A stretch of 64,000 nt of DNA from an uncultured Acidimicrobiales bacterium. Its GTDB lineage: Bacteria > Actinomycetota > Acidimicrobiia > Acidimicrobiales > UBA10347. Under the pieces are notes generated by a model. That model was not told the DNA's origin. It ran no database searches and was given only the letters and a program-made list of their open reading frames with translations. Where the stretch lies: positions 2,313-66,312 of the forward strand of contig CALKPY010000136.1 in NCBI GenBank assembly GCA_937991435.1, written 5' to 3'. Made by a program: the position numbers and the translations under genes. Of the stretch, positions 1 through 10,665 are shown one piece after another. The first letter of the stretch is position 1; each line of letters opens with the position of its first letter.

Positions 1-587
1 TCTTCTTTATTGTCTGGCCTGGCTTTTCAAGCTGGCTGCTGAATTCGAGCCGTGATCTGTTCGAGGTTGCCGCCAACAAGTTTGGTGATGGTCGAGATGG
101 GCTCCCCCTCGGCATCAATCGCCCCGACATTGCACAACGAGGCAACTTTGCCAACCCCGGGCCAGCCGGTCTCAACCTTGACACGGGCGTCGCGGCACTG
201 TTCTTTGCAATCGTGATGTACACCGCAGCGTTTATCGCCGAAATTGTGCGTGGCGGTATTCTTGCCGTGCCAAAAGGCCAAACCGAAGCGGCGCAGGCCA
301 TTGGCCTACGCCGCTCAACCATGTTGCGACGCATCATCTTGCCGCAAGCTTTTCGAGTCAGCCTTCCACCGCTCGGAAATCAGTATCTCAACCTCACCAA
401 AAACACATCACTGGCCATTGCAGTCGCCTACACCGACCTCGTGCAGGTCGGTCAGACGATCCTCAATCAGTCAGGTAAATCCTTGGAGGTTTTCGCCATC
501 TGGATGCTGTTCTATCTGGCCTGTTCGCTCACGATCAGCGCGGTCGTGAACTTCTTCAATGTCCGCCTAGCAATCGTGGAGCGCTGA
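1..587 (+). CDS. Polar amino-acid ABC transporter permease (AapQ/BztB-like), 5' end cut by window edge
   Basis: Frame 3 is open from base 3 to the TGA at 585-587. The tail AAFIAEIVRGGILAVPKGQTEAAQAIGLRRSTMLRRIILPQAFRVSLPPLGNQYLNLTKNTSLA is the EAA-loop region of HisM/GlnP-type permeases. The next permease gene starts 1 nt after the stop. Confidence 0.85.
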   Translation, partial: FFIVWPGFSSWLLNSSRDLFEVAANKFGDGRDGLPLGINRPDIAQRGNFANPGPAGLNLDTGVAALFFAIVMYTAAFIAEIVRGGILAVPKGQTEAAQAIGLRRSTMLRRIILPQAFRVSLPPLGNQYLNLTKNTSLAIAVAYTDLVQVGQTILNQSGKSLEVFAIWMLFYLACSLTISAVVNFFNVRLAIVER

Positions 588-588
588 C

Positions 589-2538
589 ATGAGTATGAGT
601 CAGCTAGACGCTGAGACAACAACCATTCTCGCCAAACTCGACGCCGACAAGGCACTTCGTCCCGACGAACCGAGTCTTCCTGTCGGCGAGTGGATGGGCA
701 AGAACCTATTCGGCATGGGCCAAGGCAGCCCTTGGGCTGTCGTGCGAAGCACTTTACTCACCGTGTTGTTCGGTCTCCTCGCCTTGTTTTCCTATCGCGG
801 TTTTCTAAATTTTGTCTTCAGCGAGGAACGGCGCTGGGATGCTGTGCGCACGAACTTGCGCTTGCTTTTCACTCAGGCCTATCCCGACGAGAACTACACC
901 CGTGTGTGGGTAACGGTCGCTATAGTCGCGGCGCTCGCCGGCCTGTCCCTTGGGTTGATGAAGGTTGGTCGCGGCCTGTCGATGAAACGCATTGCGACCT
1001 GGTGCTTCGCGTGGGGTGGCCTCATTGTCGTCGGCATTTTGCTCCGCGAGGCGTCAGCGTTGACAAACGCTGACGGCTCAATTCAGCTCGATGTCGACAA
1101 ACAGCCGATTCGAGAGGGCTTCATTGACAAGCTCGGAGAACGTGGCACCTGGTGGGTCCTCGGTCTTGTGCTACTCGTCATTGGATCGGTGATCTGGTTC
1201 ACACTCGGCGACTTGCGTCGGCGCACAACCTTTGTCCCGGCGATCCCGTTCGGTCTCGTCACGCTAGGTCTGTTCATCTCCAGCGTCTGGTGGTTCAACT
1301 GGGGCAACTACACATTTACCGACGACGGATTCACATTTGACCCGGGGAACAAGGTCGCTGGGTCAACGCAGATGCCCTGGACACTTATCTTTGTCGTGTT
1401 GCTCGTCGCGTACCTCATTGGACAATTCCTGCTCCGTTCCGAACGAGCGGGCACGTTCCGCGGCGTGGTTAACGGTCTCTGGTTGCTTGCACCGTTTGTC
1501 ACCTTTTGGGTCGTACTGCGTGGTCCAGTCATCGATTGGTCGCACGTGCTATCGACCCATCTACCAATGGCACTTGGGTTCATCGTGCTCGGCGGAGCCT
1601 TGCTTTGGTTTCTCACCCAGCCGGGTATCGGCGAAAAAGGCCGGATCATTGCCGTTGCATTGATCCTGTTTGCACTATTCAACTGGCTGGCAGCCTTTAT
1701 GGGCTGGTATCCGATGTTGCAAAAGGCTCGACTAAGTTTCTTGTTCCTCGGACTCGCTGCAGCTATCGCTCCAAACTTCATTGGTGATGCAAAGCAACGC
1801 CTCAAGCTGATTTACGGCTGGGTCGGATTCATGACGATCTTCCACATTTTGGTCACGATCATCAATACGCCATCGTCGGTCGAGGTTCCGACCGAAGACT
1901 TCGCCGGTGGGTTCATGATCACGGTCTATGTCGCCGTCTTCACAATGATCTTCTCTTTTCCACTTGGTGTCGTTCTCGCACTAGCCCGGACTTCACGGTT
2001 GCCCCTATTCCGCATGTTGTCAACTGTGTACATCGAAGTCATACGCGGTGTTCCTTTGATCACACTGCTGTTCTTCTTCAGCGTGTTTGTGAACTTGTTC
2101 CTTCCTGAAGGAATGGAACTCAGCGGACTTGCAGCGGTGACGGTTGCGTTTGTGCTCTTCTCGGCCGCATACCTCGCTGAAAACGTGCGCGGTGGTCTCC
2201 AAGCAATTCGTCGAGGTCAGTACGAAGCCAGCGACGCTCTTGGGCTCACAACTGTTCAACGCACAATGTTCATCGTCTTACCGCAAGGCTTGCGAGTGTC
2301 TATTCCGCCGCTCGTAGGCCAGGTGATTGCGACGTTCAAAGAAACATCGCTACTCGCCATCGTTGGTGTCTTTGATTTCCTTCGAATCGCCCGAGATGTA
2401 ATCCCAGCCCAGACCGAGTTTCTGGGTGTCAAGCAAGAGAATCTGCTGTTCATCTCCGCGGTGTACTTCATCGTCTCGTACAGCATGTCGAAATACAGCC
2501 AGCGACTTGAAAAACAACTAGGCGTAGGTGAGCGATGA
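589..2538 (+). CDS. Polar amino-acid ABC transporter permease (AapM/BztC-like) with a greatly expanded N-terminal multi-TM region (649 aa)
   Basis: The C-terminal ~220 aa ([40 protein letters not shown] ... [48 protein letters not shown]) form a typical HisM/GlnP permease core. The N-terminal ~420 aa are hydrophobic, helix-rich extra sequence. Confidence 0.85.
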   Translation: MSMSQLDAETTTILAKLDADKALRPDEPSLPVGEWMGKNLFGMGQGSPWAVVRSTLLTVLFGLLALFSYRGFLNFVFSEERRWDAVRTNLRLLFTQAYPDENYTRVWVTVAIVAALAGLSLGLMKVGRGLSMKRIATWCFAWGGLIVVGILLREASALTNADGSIQLDVDKQPIREGFIDKLGERGTWWVLGLVLLVIGSVIWFTLGDLRRRTTFVPAIPFGLVTLGLFISSVWWFNWGNYTFTDDGFTFDPGNKVAGSTQMPWTLIFVVLLVAYLIGQFLLRSERAGTFRGVVNGLWLLAPFVTFWVVLRGPVIDWSHVLSTHLPMALGFIVLGGALLWFLTQPGIGEKGRIIAVALILFALFNWLAAFMGWYPMLQKARLSFLFLGLAAAIAPNFIGDAKQRLKLIYGWVGFMTIFHILVTIINTPSSVEVPTEDFAGGFMITVYVAVFTMIFSFPLGVVLALARTSRLPLFRMLSTVYIEVIRGVPLITLLFFFSVFVNLFLPEGMELSGLAAVTVAFVLFSAAYLAENVRGGLQAIRRGQYEASDALGLTTVQRTMFIVLPQGLRVSIPPLVGQVIATFKETSLLAIVGVFDFLRIARDVIPAQTEFLGVKQENLLFISAVYFIVSYSMSKYSQRLEKQLGVGER

Positions 2539-2614
2539 GCCCCCTACCCACGTATCCGCACAGCAGCAACCGAACCGACCTACGCAGCATCGACGCTGCC
2601 ATTGCGAGGAAACC

Positions 2615-3394
2615 ATGAGCATTAGCGACGCAACCACGTTCACCAGCGATGAGATGGCGTCTCGCGCCGACATGATCATCAGCGATGGTGTCGACAAGTG
2701 GTACGGCGATTTCCAGGCCCTGAAAGGCGTAACCGCCACGATCAAGGAACGTGAAGTGGTCGTCGTACTCGGTCCTTCGGGCTCGGGTAAGTCCACGTGG
2801 ATTCGCTGCATCAATCGTCTAGAACAGCACCAAGGTGGACGCATCGCCGTCGACGGCGTGGAACTCACGAACGACACTCGCAATATTGAAAAGATCCGAC
2901 GCGAAGTCGGCATGGTGTTTCAGGGGTTCAACCTTTTCCCTCACATCACGGTGCTCGACAACATCACACTCGCTCCAATCTGGGTGCGTAAGAAGCCGCG
3001 CGGCGAAGCCGAGCAACTAGGCCGCGATCTTCTTGAACGGGTGGGAATCCCCGAACAGGCCGACAAGTTCCCCGGCCAACTTTCTGGCGGCCAACAGCAA
3101 CGAGTCGCCATCGCGCGAGCCCTCGCGATGGAGCCACGAATCATGTTGTTCGATGAGCCCACTTCAGCTCTCGATCCCGAGATGATCAAAGAAGTACTCG
3201 ATGTCATGAAAGAACTTGCCCGCTCCGGTATGACCATGATGGTGGTCACCCACGAAATGGGCTTCGCCCGCGAAGTGGCAGACCGAATCATCTTCATGGA
3301 GAGCGGTGAGATCGTCGAAGTTGGACCACCAGAACACTTCTTCACGAATCCGACCGAAGACCGCACCAAGTTGTTCCTGTCGCAGATCCTTTAA
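2615..3394 (+). CDS. Amino-acid ABC transporter ATP-binding protein (GlnQ/AapP-like)
   Basis: Walker [10 protein letters not shown], signature [15 protein letters not shown] and Walker [12 protein letters not shown] are present. I prefer the ATG at 2615, preceded by GAGGA at 2606-2610, over the ORF-track start at 2528, whose first 29 codons look non-coding. Confidence 0.9.
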   Translation: MSISDATTFTSDEMASRADMIISDGVDKWYGDFQALKGVTATIKEREVVVVLGPSGSGKSTWIRCINRLEQHQGGRIAVDGVELTNDTRNIEKIRREVGMVFQGFNLFPHITVLDNITLAPIWVRKKPRGEAEQLGRDLLERVGIPEQADKFPGQLSGGQQQRVAIARALAMEPRIMLFDEPTSALDPEMIKEVLDVMKELARSGMTMMVVTHEMGFAREVADRIIFMESGEIVEVGPPEHFFTNPTEDRTKLFLSQIL

Positions 3395-4236
3395 GAACCC
3401 GCCTCAACTCCAGTCGCAACAGGACGTGCGAGGTCCGCTCCCCACTCAGACCACGAACCGACGTACAGGTCTGCGGAGATGTCGAGTAGCTCCATCGCCA
3501 ACAAGTTGTGGCATGCGGTAACGCCCGATCCGCAATACACGACCGGTCGCGCGGAACCGTCGTCAACCGCCCCTGCGGCTGCGAAGCGATCAGCAAGACC
3601 CTGCAGATCAAGCATTCGGCCGGTGAGGTCATCGATGTTGTCTTCCCAAGGGAGACTGATCGCGCCGGGTATGTGCCCGAAGCGATCATCGATGCGATTT
3701 TCTTTGCCAATGAACCGCGACCGGTTGCGAGCGTCGATCACGACACCCCCTGACTCGAGTCGAGCTACGACCTCGTCAGCGCTAATCAAACGGCCAGCGG
3801 GCCATGGGCGTGGTTCAAACACCACTGGCTCGACAGGCGTTGTATCGGTCGAGAGGGGTTCGGTCCATGCGTGAATACCTCCGTCGAGCACTGCGGCTTG
3901 ACAGCCGACGATGTGCAGCATGAACCACAACCGTGCCGCAATACCGCCAGAGACATCGTCATAGATCACCGCAGGACGATTTCCGTCGTACCCAAGCCGC
4001 GACATCGCCGTGGCAAAGTCGCCTTCGTGCGGAAATGGATGACGCCCACCGGGTTGACACGGCGGTGCTGACACATCAGAACCAAGATCAGCAAACACCG
4101 CACCAGGGATGTGTCCGCTGGCCCAAGCATCTTTGCCCTCGCGTGCGTCCATGTACGAACGCGAGTCGAAGATGTGCACCTCGTGCTGATGGTCAACAAG
4201 CCACTGTGCATCGACAAGGGGTCCAAAGGTCTCCAT
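3391..4236 (-). CDS. Thiosulfate/3-mercaptopyruvate sulfurtransferase (tandem rhodanese domains)
   Basis: The two-domain layout, the GHIPGA motifs in both halves and the active-site loop [10 protein letters not shown] are typical of SseA/CysA-type rhodaneses. Confidence 0.8.
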   Translation of the reverse strand: METFGPLVDAQWLVDHQHEVHIFDSRSYMDAREGKDAWASGHIPGAVFADLGSDVSAPPCQPGGRHPFPHEGDFATAMSRLGYDGNRPAVIYDDVSGGIAARLWFMLHIVGCQAAVLDGGIHAWTEPLSTDTTPVEPVVFEPRPWPAGRLISADEVVARLESGGVVIDARNRSRFIGKENRIDDRFGHIPGAISLPWEDNIDDLTGRMLDLQGLADRFAAAGAVDDGSARPVVYCGSGVTACHNLLAMELLDISADLYVGSWSEWGADLARPVATGVEAGS

Positions 4237-4284
4237 GTCGCTTACGGTAGTGCGAGCTCTATGAGCTACCCCGGTGGTGATGTA

Positions 4285-4941
4285 TCAGAGCTCAGGTATG
4301 CGCTCAGCCAGCGCCTCAGGATTGATGACCTCAATACGGGCCCGACGAAGTGCCACCACTTCATCTCGACTCAGATCCTGCAAGACCCGATTCACGGTTG
4401 GACGTGTCGTGCCCGCCAGCGAGGCAAGAGTGGCCTGACTCAACCGAACCACGCCGTCGAACGCAGTTGAGAGTGCGTGCACTCGTCGACACACGCGGTC
4501 TTCGGCGGTCGAATGAACTGCCTCAGCGAGACGAGCAGACATTTCGGTCAATCGGCTATCGAGCACGTCGACAAGAAAGCGATCAATCTCGGGGCGCTCG
4601 CCGCGCAACTCGCGAAATTGCATGGGCCGAAGCAATCGCAGAACCGTCGGCTGAACTGCCGTGACGGTGGCACTTCGAGCCTGGTCCGCGAGCAGCGCCT
4701 GTTCGCCGACGACGCGGCCAGCTTCAACAACATTGAGCCCAACGGCTGCACCATCGACAGTTAACGACTGCACCAGCACGCGACCTTCGTCAAGCAGGTA
4801 CATGCCGTCTGGATAGTCGCCTTCGCGACAAAGCACAGAGTTAGCGCCATATGAACGAGCCACAGTTCGGTCGATCACCGCCTGTAACAGCTGGGGATGA
4901 AGCTCTGACATCTGTTCGCGCCAATGTGTTGTCATCGTCAT
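4285..4941 (-). CDS. Crp/Fnr family transcriptional regulator
   Basis: It has an N-terminal cNMP-binding-like fold (LCREGDYPDGMYLLDEGRVLV) and a C-terminal HTH (SQATLASLAGTTRPTVNRVLQDL). I chose the ATG at 4941 (MTMTTHW...); the ORF extends to 5013. Confidence 0.75.
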   Translation of the reverse strand: MTMTTHWREQMSELHPQLLQAVIDRTVARSYGANSVLCREGDYPDGMYLLDEGRVLVQSLTVDGAAVGLNVVEAGRVVGEQALLADQARSATVTAVQPTVLRLLRPMQFRELRGERPEIDRFLVDVLDSRLTEMSARLAEAVHSTAEDRVCRRVHALSTAFDGVVRLSQATLASLAGTTRPTVNRVLQDLSRDEVVALRRARIEVINPEALAERIPEL

Positions 4942-5043
4942 CACCGGCGCTATCTGACCATTTGGCGTGTCCACGAGTAGAAATAGTAGACACGGTTTAG
5001 CCAGACCACACAATCACTCATCGTTGAGCGCTAGGTTCAAAGT

Positions 5044-6489
5044 GTGCCCTCGAGATCATTTACCGCAGTTGGGTTCACCAAAGAACTCGAAGCAGGCTTT
5101 GCTGCCATTCGGGTCGAACTAGATGTTCGCACTGATTTTTCGCCTGATCTACATGAAATAGCAGAACAGGCAGCCGCTGCTGGGCCTCAGATTCCTGCCG
5201 GTGCGAGCTCCGTCGTCGACGACAAGACTTCATTGCCGCTTGTCACCATCGACCCCCCTGGAAGCATCGATCTCGACCAGGCCTTTGCCGCGGAACGACG
5301 CTCCGACGGCTATCGAGTTTGGTACGCGATCGCCGATGTCGCGGCTCTGGTTGCAGCAGGTGGTCCTCTCGACACCGAGGCGCGGCGCCGTGGCGTGACG
5401 CTGTACTCACCCGATCAACGTGCGTCCCTGCATCCCGAAGCGATCAATGAGGGTGCCGGAAGCCTGCTGCCTGGCCAGACACGTCAAGCAGTTCTGTGGT
5501 GCATCGACCTCGATCACCACGGCACTCAAACCGCAGCGCATGCAACACGAGCGTTGGTCACGAGTCGAGAAAAGCTGAGCTACCAGGTCGCACAGGACCG
5601 AATCGACAACGGCACTGCCAATGAATCACTGCAACTACTCAAGACAATTGGTTTGCTTCGCCAAACCATCGAGAGCGAGCGGGGCGCAGTGAGTCTGCAA
5701 CTACCCGCCCAGGAAATCAGCCTCGTCGATGGTGCGTATCAACTTCACTACGACACAAGCCTGCCGATCGAAGGGTGGAATGCCCAGATCTCGTTGTTGA
5801 CGGGAATGGCCGCAGGTCAAATCATGGTCGATGCCGGTCATGGTCTGCTGCGCACACTTCCTCCTCTCGATCAGCACACCGTCGATCAGGTTCGACGGGC
5901 GGCTCGGGCCCTCGATGTCGACTGGCCAGCCGGCATGTCGTATTCAGACCGTGTTCGACAGCTCGACCCAGCCAATGCAAACGAAGCAGCCCTGCTTACC
6001 CGAGCAGCACGCAGCTTTCGTGGCGCCGGGTACGCCGCTTTTCGCGACGGCGCGTTGCCTGAACAACCGCTACACGGCGCCATCAACGCTCTCTACGCGC
6101 ATGTCACAGCTCCGCTACGCCGGGTTTGTGATCGTTTCGCGAACGAAATCGTGCTCGCAGCATGCGCCGACCGCGACGCACCCACCTGGGCGCTTGAAGC
6201 CCTTGACGAGCTTCCCCGACTCATGGGCGAAGCTCGACGACGAGACGGTTCACTCGACCGCGCATCCACTGATTTCGTAGAAGTAATGGTGCTGCGATCT
6301 CGCATTGGCGAGATTTTCGATGGCGTGGTGCTGTCACACAGCAGGCGAGGCGCCAACGTGCAACTGCGAGAACCAGCAGTCATGAGTCCTATCTCGGGTC
6401 AACCAGAAGTTGGCAGTGACGTGCGGCTTCGTCTCACCGGCGTCGACCTCAACGCACGACGTAGTCACTTCGAAGTGATCTCAGACTGA
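5044..6489 (+). CDS. RNB-domain exoribonuclease (RNase II/R family)
   Basis: The RNB signature YAHVTAPLRRVCDRFANE and upstream DPPGSIDLDQAF / YSPDQRASLHPE motifs are present. It has a GTG start and a C-terminal S1-like segment. Confidence 0.75.
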   Translation: MPSRSFTAVGFTKELEAGFAAIRVELDVRTDFSPDLHEIAEQAAAAGPQIPAGASSVVDDKTSLPLVTIDPPGSIDLDQAFAAERRSDGYRVWYAIADVAALVAAGGPLDTEARRRGVTLYSPDQRASLHPEAINEGAGSLLPGQTRQAVLWCIDLDHHGTQTAAHATRALVTSREKLSYQVAQDRIDNGTANESLQLLKTIGLLRQTIESERGAVSLQLPAQEISLVDGAYQLHYDTSLPIEGWNAQISLLTGMAAGQIMVDAGHGLLRTLPPLDQHTVDQVRRAARALDVDWPAGMSYSDRVRQLDPANANEAALLTRAARSFRGAGYAAFRDGALPEQPLHGAINALYAHVTAPLRRVCDRFANEIVLAACADRDAPTWALEALDELPRLMGEARRRDGSLDRASTDFVEVMVLRSRIGEIFDGVVLSHSRRGANVQLREPAVMSPISGQPEVGSDVRLRLTGVDLNARRSHFEVISD

Positions 6490-6499
6490 AGTCCTCGTC

Positions 6500-7477
6500 T
6501 TGAACAATCCGTTGTTCCGACGACTGGTCACGATCAGCAGCGTGCTGGGCGCAACATTTGCGTTGCCCATGATGGCGTTACTCGCGTGTGTCTGTTGGGT
6601 CGTGGATCGACTTCGCCGACAGCCACACCTGCCGGCTACACGCCTTGTGCGCCTGATCGCAGTGCTCACCGCGGTCGAGTTTGTTGGACTGATTCGCATT
6701 GCAATCGTTTGGTTACGGTCGTCGACTGGTGACGAGCACAAGCTCACCAGGCTTCTCGGGTGGTACACCCAAACCCTGCTTCGCGGCGTCGCGTGGGCTG
6801 TCGGTACCACCATCGAATGGCACGGAACGGAACACGCCGCAACCGGTCCGGTTGTTGTCGCCGCCAGACACACCAGCTTTTTTGACGCAGTCATACCTGG
6901 CGCTTTGCTCGCGCATCACAACCACCTAGTCCCCCTTCACGTTGTGACGAAGGGTCTCCAATATGGGCCGTGCATCGACATTGTTGGACACTGGATTCCA
7001 ACGGTGTTCATATCACGAGCACCCGAGGCCGGATCCGCACCGGCCGACATCGCTGATCTGGCAACGCATCTCACTACAGAATCTGCGGCCGTCATTTTTC
7101 CCGAGGGAACGTTTCGTAATCCGGCCCGCTTTGAGCGGGCAGTCAATCGAGTAGCCAGCACGCCTGAACTCGCAGCTCGCGCCGCACAACTGCGTCATGT
7201 GCTTCCGCCGAGACCAGCTGGAACCTGGACTTTGCTCCAAGGCAACCCCGAAGCCGATCTCGTGATCTGTGCCAACACTGGCCTGGAACGTTGGGGCTCG
7301 TTGCGCCAGATTCGATCGGCTGGAACGGCTAACGCCCCGATACAGATCGGGGCGTGGCGTATTGACCGTAAACACATACCAACTGACGTTGACGAGTTCG
7401 GGATCTGGTTCCTCGACCAGTGGATCGAGGTCGATGATTGGGTCTCGGCTAGAGCACAGACCGAATTCGAGGTGTGA
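6500..7477 (+). CDS. Lysophospholipid (1-acyl-sn-glycerol-3-phosphate) acyltransferase family protein
   Basis: It carries the HxxxxD motif (HTSFFD), an FPEGT motif (IFPEGTFRN) and an N-terminal TM segment. The start is uncertain: TTG at 6500, with in-frame ATGs downstream. Confidence 0.65.
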   Translation: MNNPLFRRLVTISSVLGATFALPMMALLACVCWVVDRLRRQPHLPATRLVRLIAVLTAVEFVGLIRIAIVWLRSSTGDEHKLTRLLGWYTQTLLRGVAWAVGTTIEWHGTEHAATGPVVVAARHTSFFDAVIPGALLAHHNHLVPLHVVTKGLQYGPCIDIVGHWIPTVFISRAPEAGSAPADIADLATHLTTESAAVIFPEGTFRNPARFERAVNRVASTPELAARAAQLRHVLPPRPAGTWTLLQGNPEADLVICANTGLERWGSLRQIRSAGTANAPIQIGAWRIDRKHIPTDVDEFGIWFLDQWIEVDDWVSARAQTEFEV

Positions 7478-8402
7478 CTTCAATACCGTCTTCGAGACGA
7501 CCGCGCCAATCGGTAGCCCCACCAATCGCTTCGGCATAAGCCCGGCGCTTGTCTGCGCGACGGCCCGTGTCCATGGCCTCAGCTGGATCTTCGTCTTCGT
7601 ATTGGGCACTGATGCCGGCCTTGAGCATTTCAAGCGCATCGGAACGCAGCTGTGAGATTCGAGATTCAGTAACCCCGAGGAAGCGGGCCAGGTCGACCGA
7701 GGTCTTCTCTTCAAGGAAGTAACCCACGATCACGAGACGATGGCGTTCTGGCAGAAGTGCAATCGCATCTTGCAGATAGGCGTACAGCTCGCGTCCTTCG
7801 AGTTGCTCGTCGGGTTCAAGATTGGCGCGATCAGGAAGCACATCGAGCAGTGACAACTCTTCGCCGTTTTCGCCGTCGACTTCGTGCTCAAGAGCCAACA
7901 CAACTGAGCGGTAAAGCTGCGAACGCAGCTTCGAGAGTTCTTTGGTGTCCATGCCGAGTGCGTCAGCAGTCTCGGTCGATTTCGGCATACGACCAAGATC
8001 GGTTGCGAGCTGTTGTTCCATCTGATCAAACTGGCGTGACAGACGGCGGACTGATCGTGGCGCCCAGTCAGCGGCGCGAACTGAATCAAGCATTGCGCCG
8101 CGGACTCGCCGGGCAGCGAATCGGGCGAACGGGATACCGCGCTCTGGGCTGAACCGGCGGGCGGCTTCGACAAGTCCGAGCGCACCAGCTCGAGCGAGTT
8201 CTTCGCGTTCAACGTGACGGGGAAAGTGCACCGCAACTTGAAAGACAATGTGCTTGACAAGCGGCAGGTTCTTTTCGATCAGTTCGTTGATCTCTACTTC
8301 GGAGAGAGTCGTTTCTTCGACATCGTCTACCGCGTCTGTAGCGTCGACTGCTTCTGCTTCTGCGGATTCATCGATGGTGCTCATGCCCGCTTGTCCCTTC
8401 AT
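7449..8402 (-). CDS. RNA polymerase sigma factor, FliA/WhiG family
   Basis: Region 2 (LVKHIVFQVAVHFPRHVEREELARAGALGLVEAARRF), the FliA/WhiG-typical DWAPRSVRR motif and the region 4 HTH (TSVDLARFLGVTESRISQLRSDAL) are present. Confidence 0.8.
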   Translation of the reverse strand: MKGQAGMSTIDESAEAEAVDATDAVDDVEETTLSEVEINELIEKNLPLVKHIVFQVAVHFPRHVEREELARAGALGLVEAARRFSPERGIPFARFAARRVRGAMLDSVRAADWAPRSVRRLSRQFDQMEQQLATDLGRMPKSTETADALGMDTKELSKLRSQLYRSVVLALEHEVDGENGEELSLLDVLPDRANLEPDEQLEGRELYAYLQDAIALLPERHRLVIVGYFLEEKTSVDLARFLGVTESRISQLRSDALEMLKAGISAQYEDEDPAEAMDTGRRADKRRAYAEAIGGATDWRGRLEDGIEVTPRIRSVL

Positions 8403-8535
8403 CGGCGGCTGTCCCAGATTCGAAAGGTCCGAATCGCCACTACTTAAGGTTAATCGACCACCAGTCGTGTTTCTTTAGGCAAATACTCCCCCCTTTACAG
8501 CAACATAAGGATGGTTTCATGCAGTTTGTTGCCCT

Positions 8536-9537
8536 TTACTGCCGTTTTGGTTTTCGGGCCGGACGGCTCAGGTCAGTCGAATCAGATTGAGCAGACTTGC
8601 CGTCAAAACTAAAGAGCGGCACCGATCGGGCGATAGTGCTGAGAGTCCCCTCGATGTCCCCCACATCAGCCATAGTCCCCACACCTACGTCGAACCGGCC
8701 CTGTAGCACTGCCTCGGCGGCTGCTGCGGCCGTGTGCGCAGCGACGCTCGCCTGCGGGGCACACGAAGCCAGCAAGCGATGCTCGTAGCCCTTTGCGCCC
8801 CTACCTCGTACCTCTACAACGCATCCACCAATCAGGCCTTCATCATGTGGTGGTCGAAGCATTGGCAATCGCGACGTAAGCCGATCACGCCGCGTTGCGG
8901 CGATACGTGCCCTGATCCGCGGCACCTCAGGAAAACTGCGATGCAAAAGGAACGGTTCCGCCAGTCGACCGTAGTAACAGTCAACGCCGCCAATCGGATC
9001 CGGAAACCAAATGAGGCGTCGACCTGATCCGGCTCGACAGAGTTCTTCTTGGCCTTGGTCATAGTGGCGTCCAAAGCCGCGGATTGCCTGATGATGGCGA
9101 CGAGCGCAAGCTGGCCCTCCGGTTCCAAAAGAAGCCGTCGAGATGGAATCAACCGAATCCAAACCATTTGCAAGCCACCGTGCCACCAGCAACGACAAAC
9201 CAGGTGAGTGCGCTGCACCAACTACCAAAGGTTGTTCCGCCCGACGAGCGTCAAGGTCAAGTCGCTCAAAGGCTCGAATATCTGCTGGTGCGTCGCTGGT
9301 CGAGACGACCGCATTGCCGTTTTCAATGAGTTGCGCCGCGGCGTCTGGCTGAGCCCAAGTTGGTGTAGCCAAAATCACCACCGACGCACCTTGCGGTACC
9401 GAAGTACGGCTCACCACACCAGCCGGCAACCGCTGCGGCATGCGCCGTTCGTCAACGACCACAACCTCATGATCGCGCGCTGACAACTCAGTCGCGGCTC
9501 GGCGGCCAACAAGACCCGCCCCAACAACCGCAATCAT
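8536..9537 (-). CDS. NAD(P)-binding protein, saccharopine-dehydrogenase-like (function uncertain)
   Basis: The N-terminal Rossmann motif MIAVVGAGLVGRRAATEL is present. The rest is recognisable only by general shape. Confidence 0.45.
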   Translation of the reverse strand: MIAVVGAGLVGRRAATELSARDHEVVVVDERRMPQRLPAGVVSRTSVPQGASVVILATPTWAQPDAAAQLIENGNAVVSTSDAPADIRAFERLDLDARRAEQPLVVGAAHSPGLSLLVARWLANGLDSVDSISTASFGTGGPACARRHHQAIRGFGRHYDQGQEELCRAGSGRRLIWFPDPIGGVDCYYGRLAEPFLLHRSFPEVPRIRARIAATRRDRLTSRLPMLRPPHDEGLIGGCVVEVRGRGAKGYEHRLLASCAPQASVAAHTAAAAAEAVLQGRFDVGVGTMADVGDIEGTLSTIARSVPLFSFDGKSAQSDSTDLSRPARKPKRQ

Positions 9538-9550
9538 GAACGTTGGTCAA

Positions 9551-9745
9551 TCACTCGTGCTGGCGCGACAAGTCGCCCAAGCTTGCCGGATCAATCTCGC
9601 GCCAGCCACCGCTTTGGGGAGCAGATCCGTCGCCGCCAAAGATGCGCAACACGATTGCCATCAGACCCGCAATCCCCATACCAAATATCGCTCGACGCAT
9701 CATCGTGAACATCAACGCATCGTAGTTGCACACAACAAGGGTCAC
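9551..9745 (-). CDS. Possible small single-TM membrane protein
   Basis: The ORF has one clear hydrophobic helix (AIFGMGIAGLMAIVLRIFGG). It has several candidate starts, no strong RBS and no family that I recognise. Confidence 0.3.
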   Translation of the reverse strand: MTLVVCNYDALMFTMMRRAIFGMGIAGLMAIVLRIFGGDGSAPQSGGWREIDPASLGDLSRQHE

Positions 9746-9814
9746 CTTGAGCAGTTACGCACAAACCCGATGTCTGTTTCGCCCGAAGGGCGGTACAGTT
9801 GCCCCGCACCATGA

Positions 9815-9888
<74 letters not shown>

Positions 9889-9900
9889 CACAACTCCACA

Positions 9901-9934
9901 CAGGACCAGCTTCGGCTGGTCCTGTCTGGTTTTT
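9901..9934 (+). terminator. Rho-independent terminator after tRNA-Ile
   Basis: A perfect 10-bp stem caggaccagc/gctggtcctg with a ttcg tetraloop is followed by tctggttttt. Confidence 0.75.
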
Positions 9935-9942
9935 GTTAGCTG

Positions 9943-10665
9943 TCAGCGAGAACGCCGCTTTGGCGGACGGAACCGTGCTGACTCTTCTTCGATCACGGTG
10001 ATGCGAATACCACCCAGTAAGTCGCTAAGCAGGTTGTACAACACGCACAGCAACACGTTGAAGGCAACGCCAGCGATGGCCATCACAGAACCACCAATCG
10101 CGTACGCCCGGAAGATCGTCGTTCCGCTCCAGAATTCCTCGTCAGGATCGAGCGCGAACAATGACTCGATGAGATCTTCGACGCTGTCGAGGGTTCCCGA
10201 TCGTTCCGCAAAACTCCACAGCAGCAAGCCGGCGAGGACCAGGATCAACCAAAGACACGCGAAAAACACGATGCTCAATTTGAGAACGGACCACGGCTCG
10301 ATATGGCGGATGATTCTGCGAACGCGCCGTGCTTGTAGTCGCACCCGGCGGCGACGCTCTCGAGCACTCATCGATGCAGCCGGTTTTGGACCCGGTGCAG
10401 CACCAGGACCAGCAGCTACTGCTGGACCAGGAGCATCATGGGGCGGTGGTGCTGGGGCTTCGAACTCAACTCCAGCGTCGAAGACACTTTCGGCGCGACC
10501 GAGGGTCTGCTCGTCGAGGGGATACACCCGCTGAGGCACGGATCCTTCACTCGAGGTCGCGTAGTTCTGTGCCGCGGCCTTGGCGGAATTGCCTTCACTC
10601 GCGCCGCTGTCGTCTGCCACGGTTGCTGAGTCTACGACTCGACGTCGCCATGTTGGTATCAGCAC
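9943..10665 (-). CDS. DUF3566 domain-containing membrane protein (conserved gyrA neighbour in Actinobacteria, Rv0007-like)
   Basis: The C-terminal block IEPWSVLKLSIVFFACLWLILVLAGLLLW ... AGVAFNVLLCVLYNLLSDLLGGIRITV matches my memory of DUF3566. It has a Pro/Ala-rich N-terminus and sits beside gyrA and tRNA-Ile. Confidence 0.75.
   Translation of the reverse strand: MLIPTWRRRVVDSATVADDSGASEGNSAKAAAQNYATSSEGSVPQRVYPLDEQTLGRAESVFDAGVEFEAPAPPPHDAPGPAVAAGPGAAPGPKPAASMSARERRRRVRLQARRVRRIIRHIEPWSVLKLSIVFFACLWLILVLAGLLLWSFAERSGTLDSVEDLIESLFALDPDEEFWSGTTIFRAYAIGGSVMAIAGVAFNVLLCVLYNLLSDLLGGIRITVIEEESARFRPPKRRSR

Noticed and set aside
4966-4994. An inverted repeat CGTGTC-N17-GACACG lies in the divergent Crp-regulator / RNB-nuclease spacer.
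   Set aside because: The arms are only 6 bp, the spacer is long, and there is no resemblance to the TGTGA-N6-TCACA Crp consensus. It is likely chance, or simply flanks an AT-rich -10 region.
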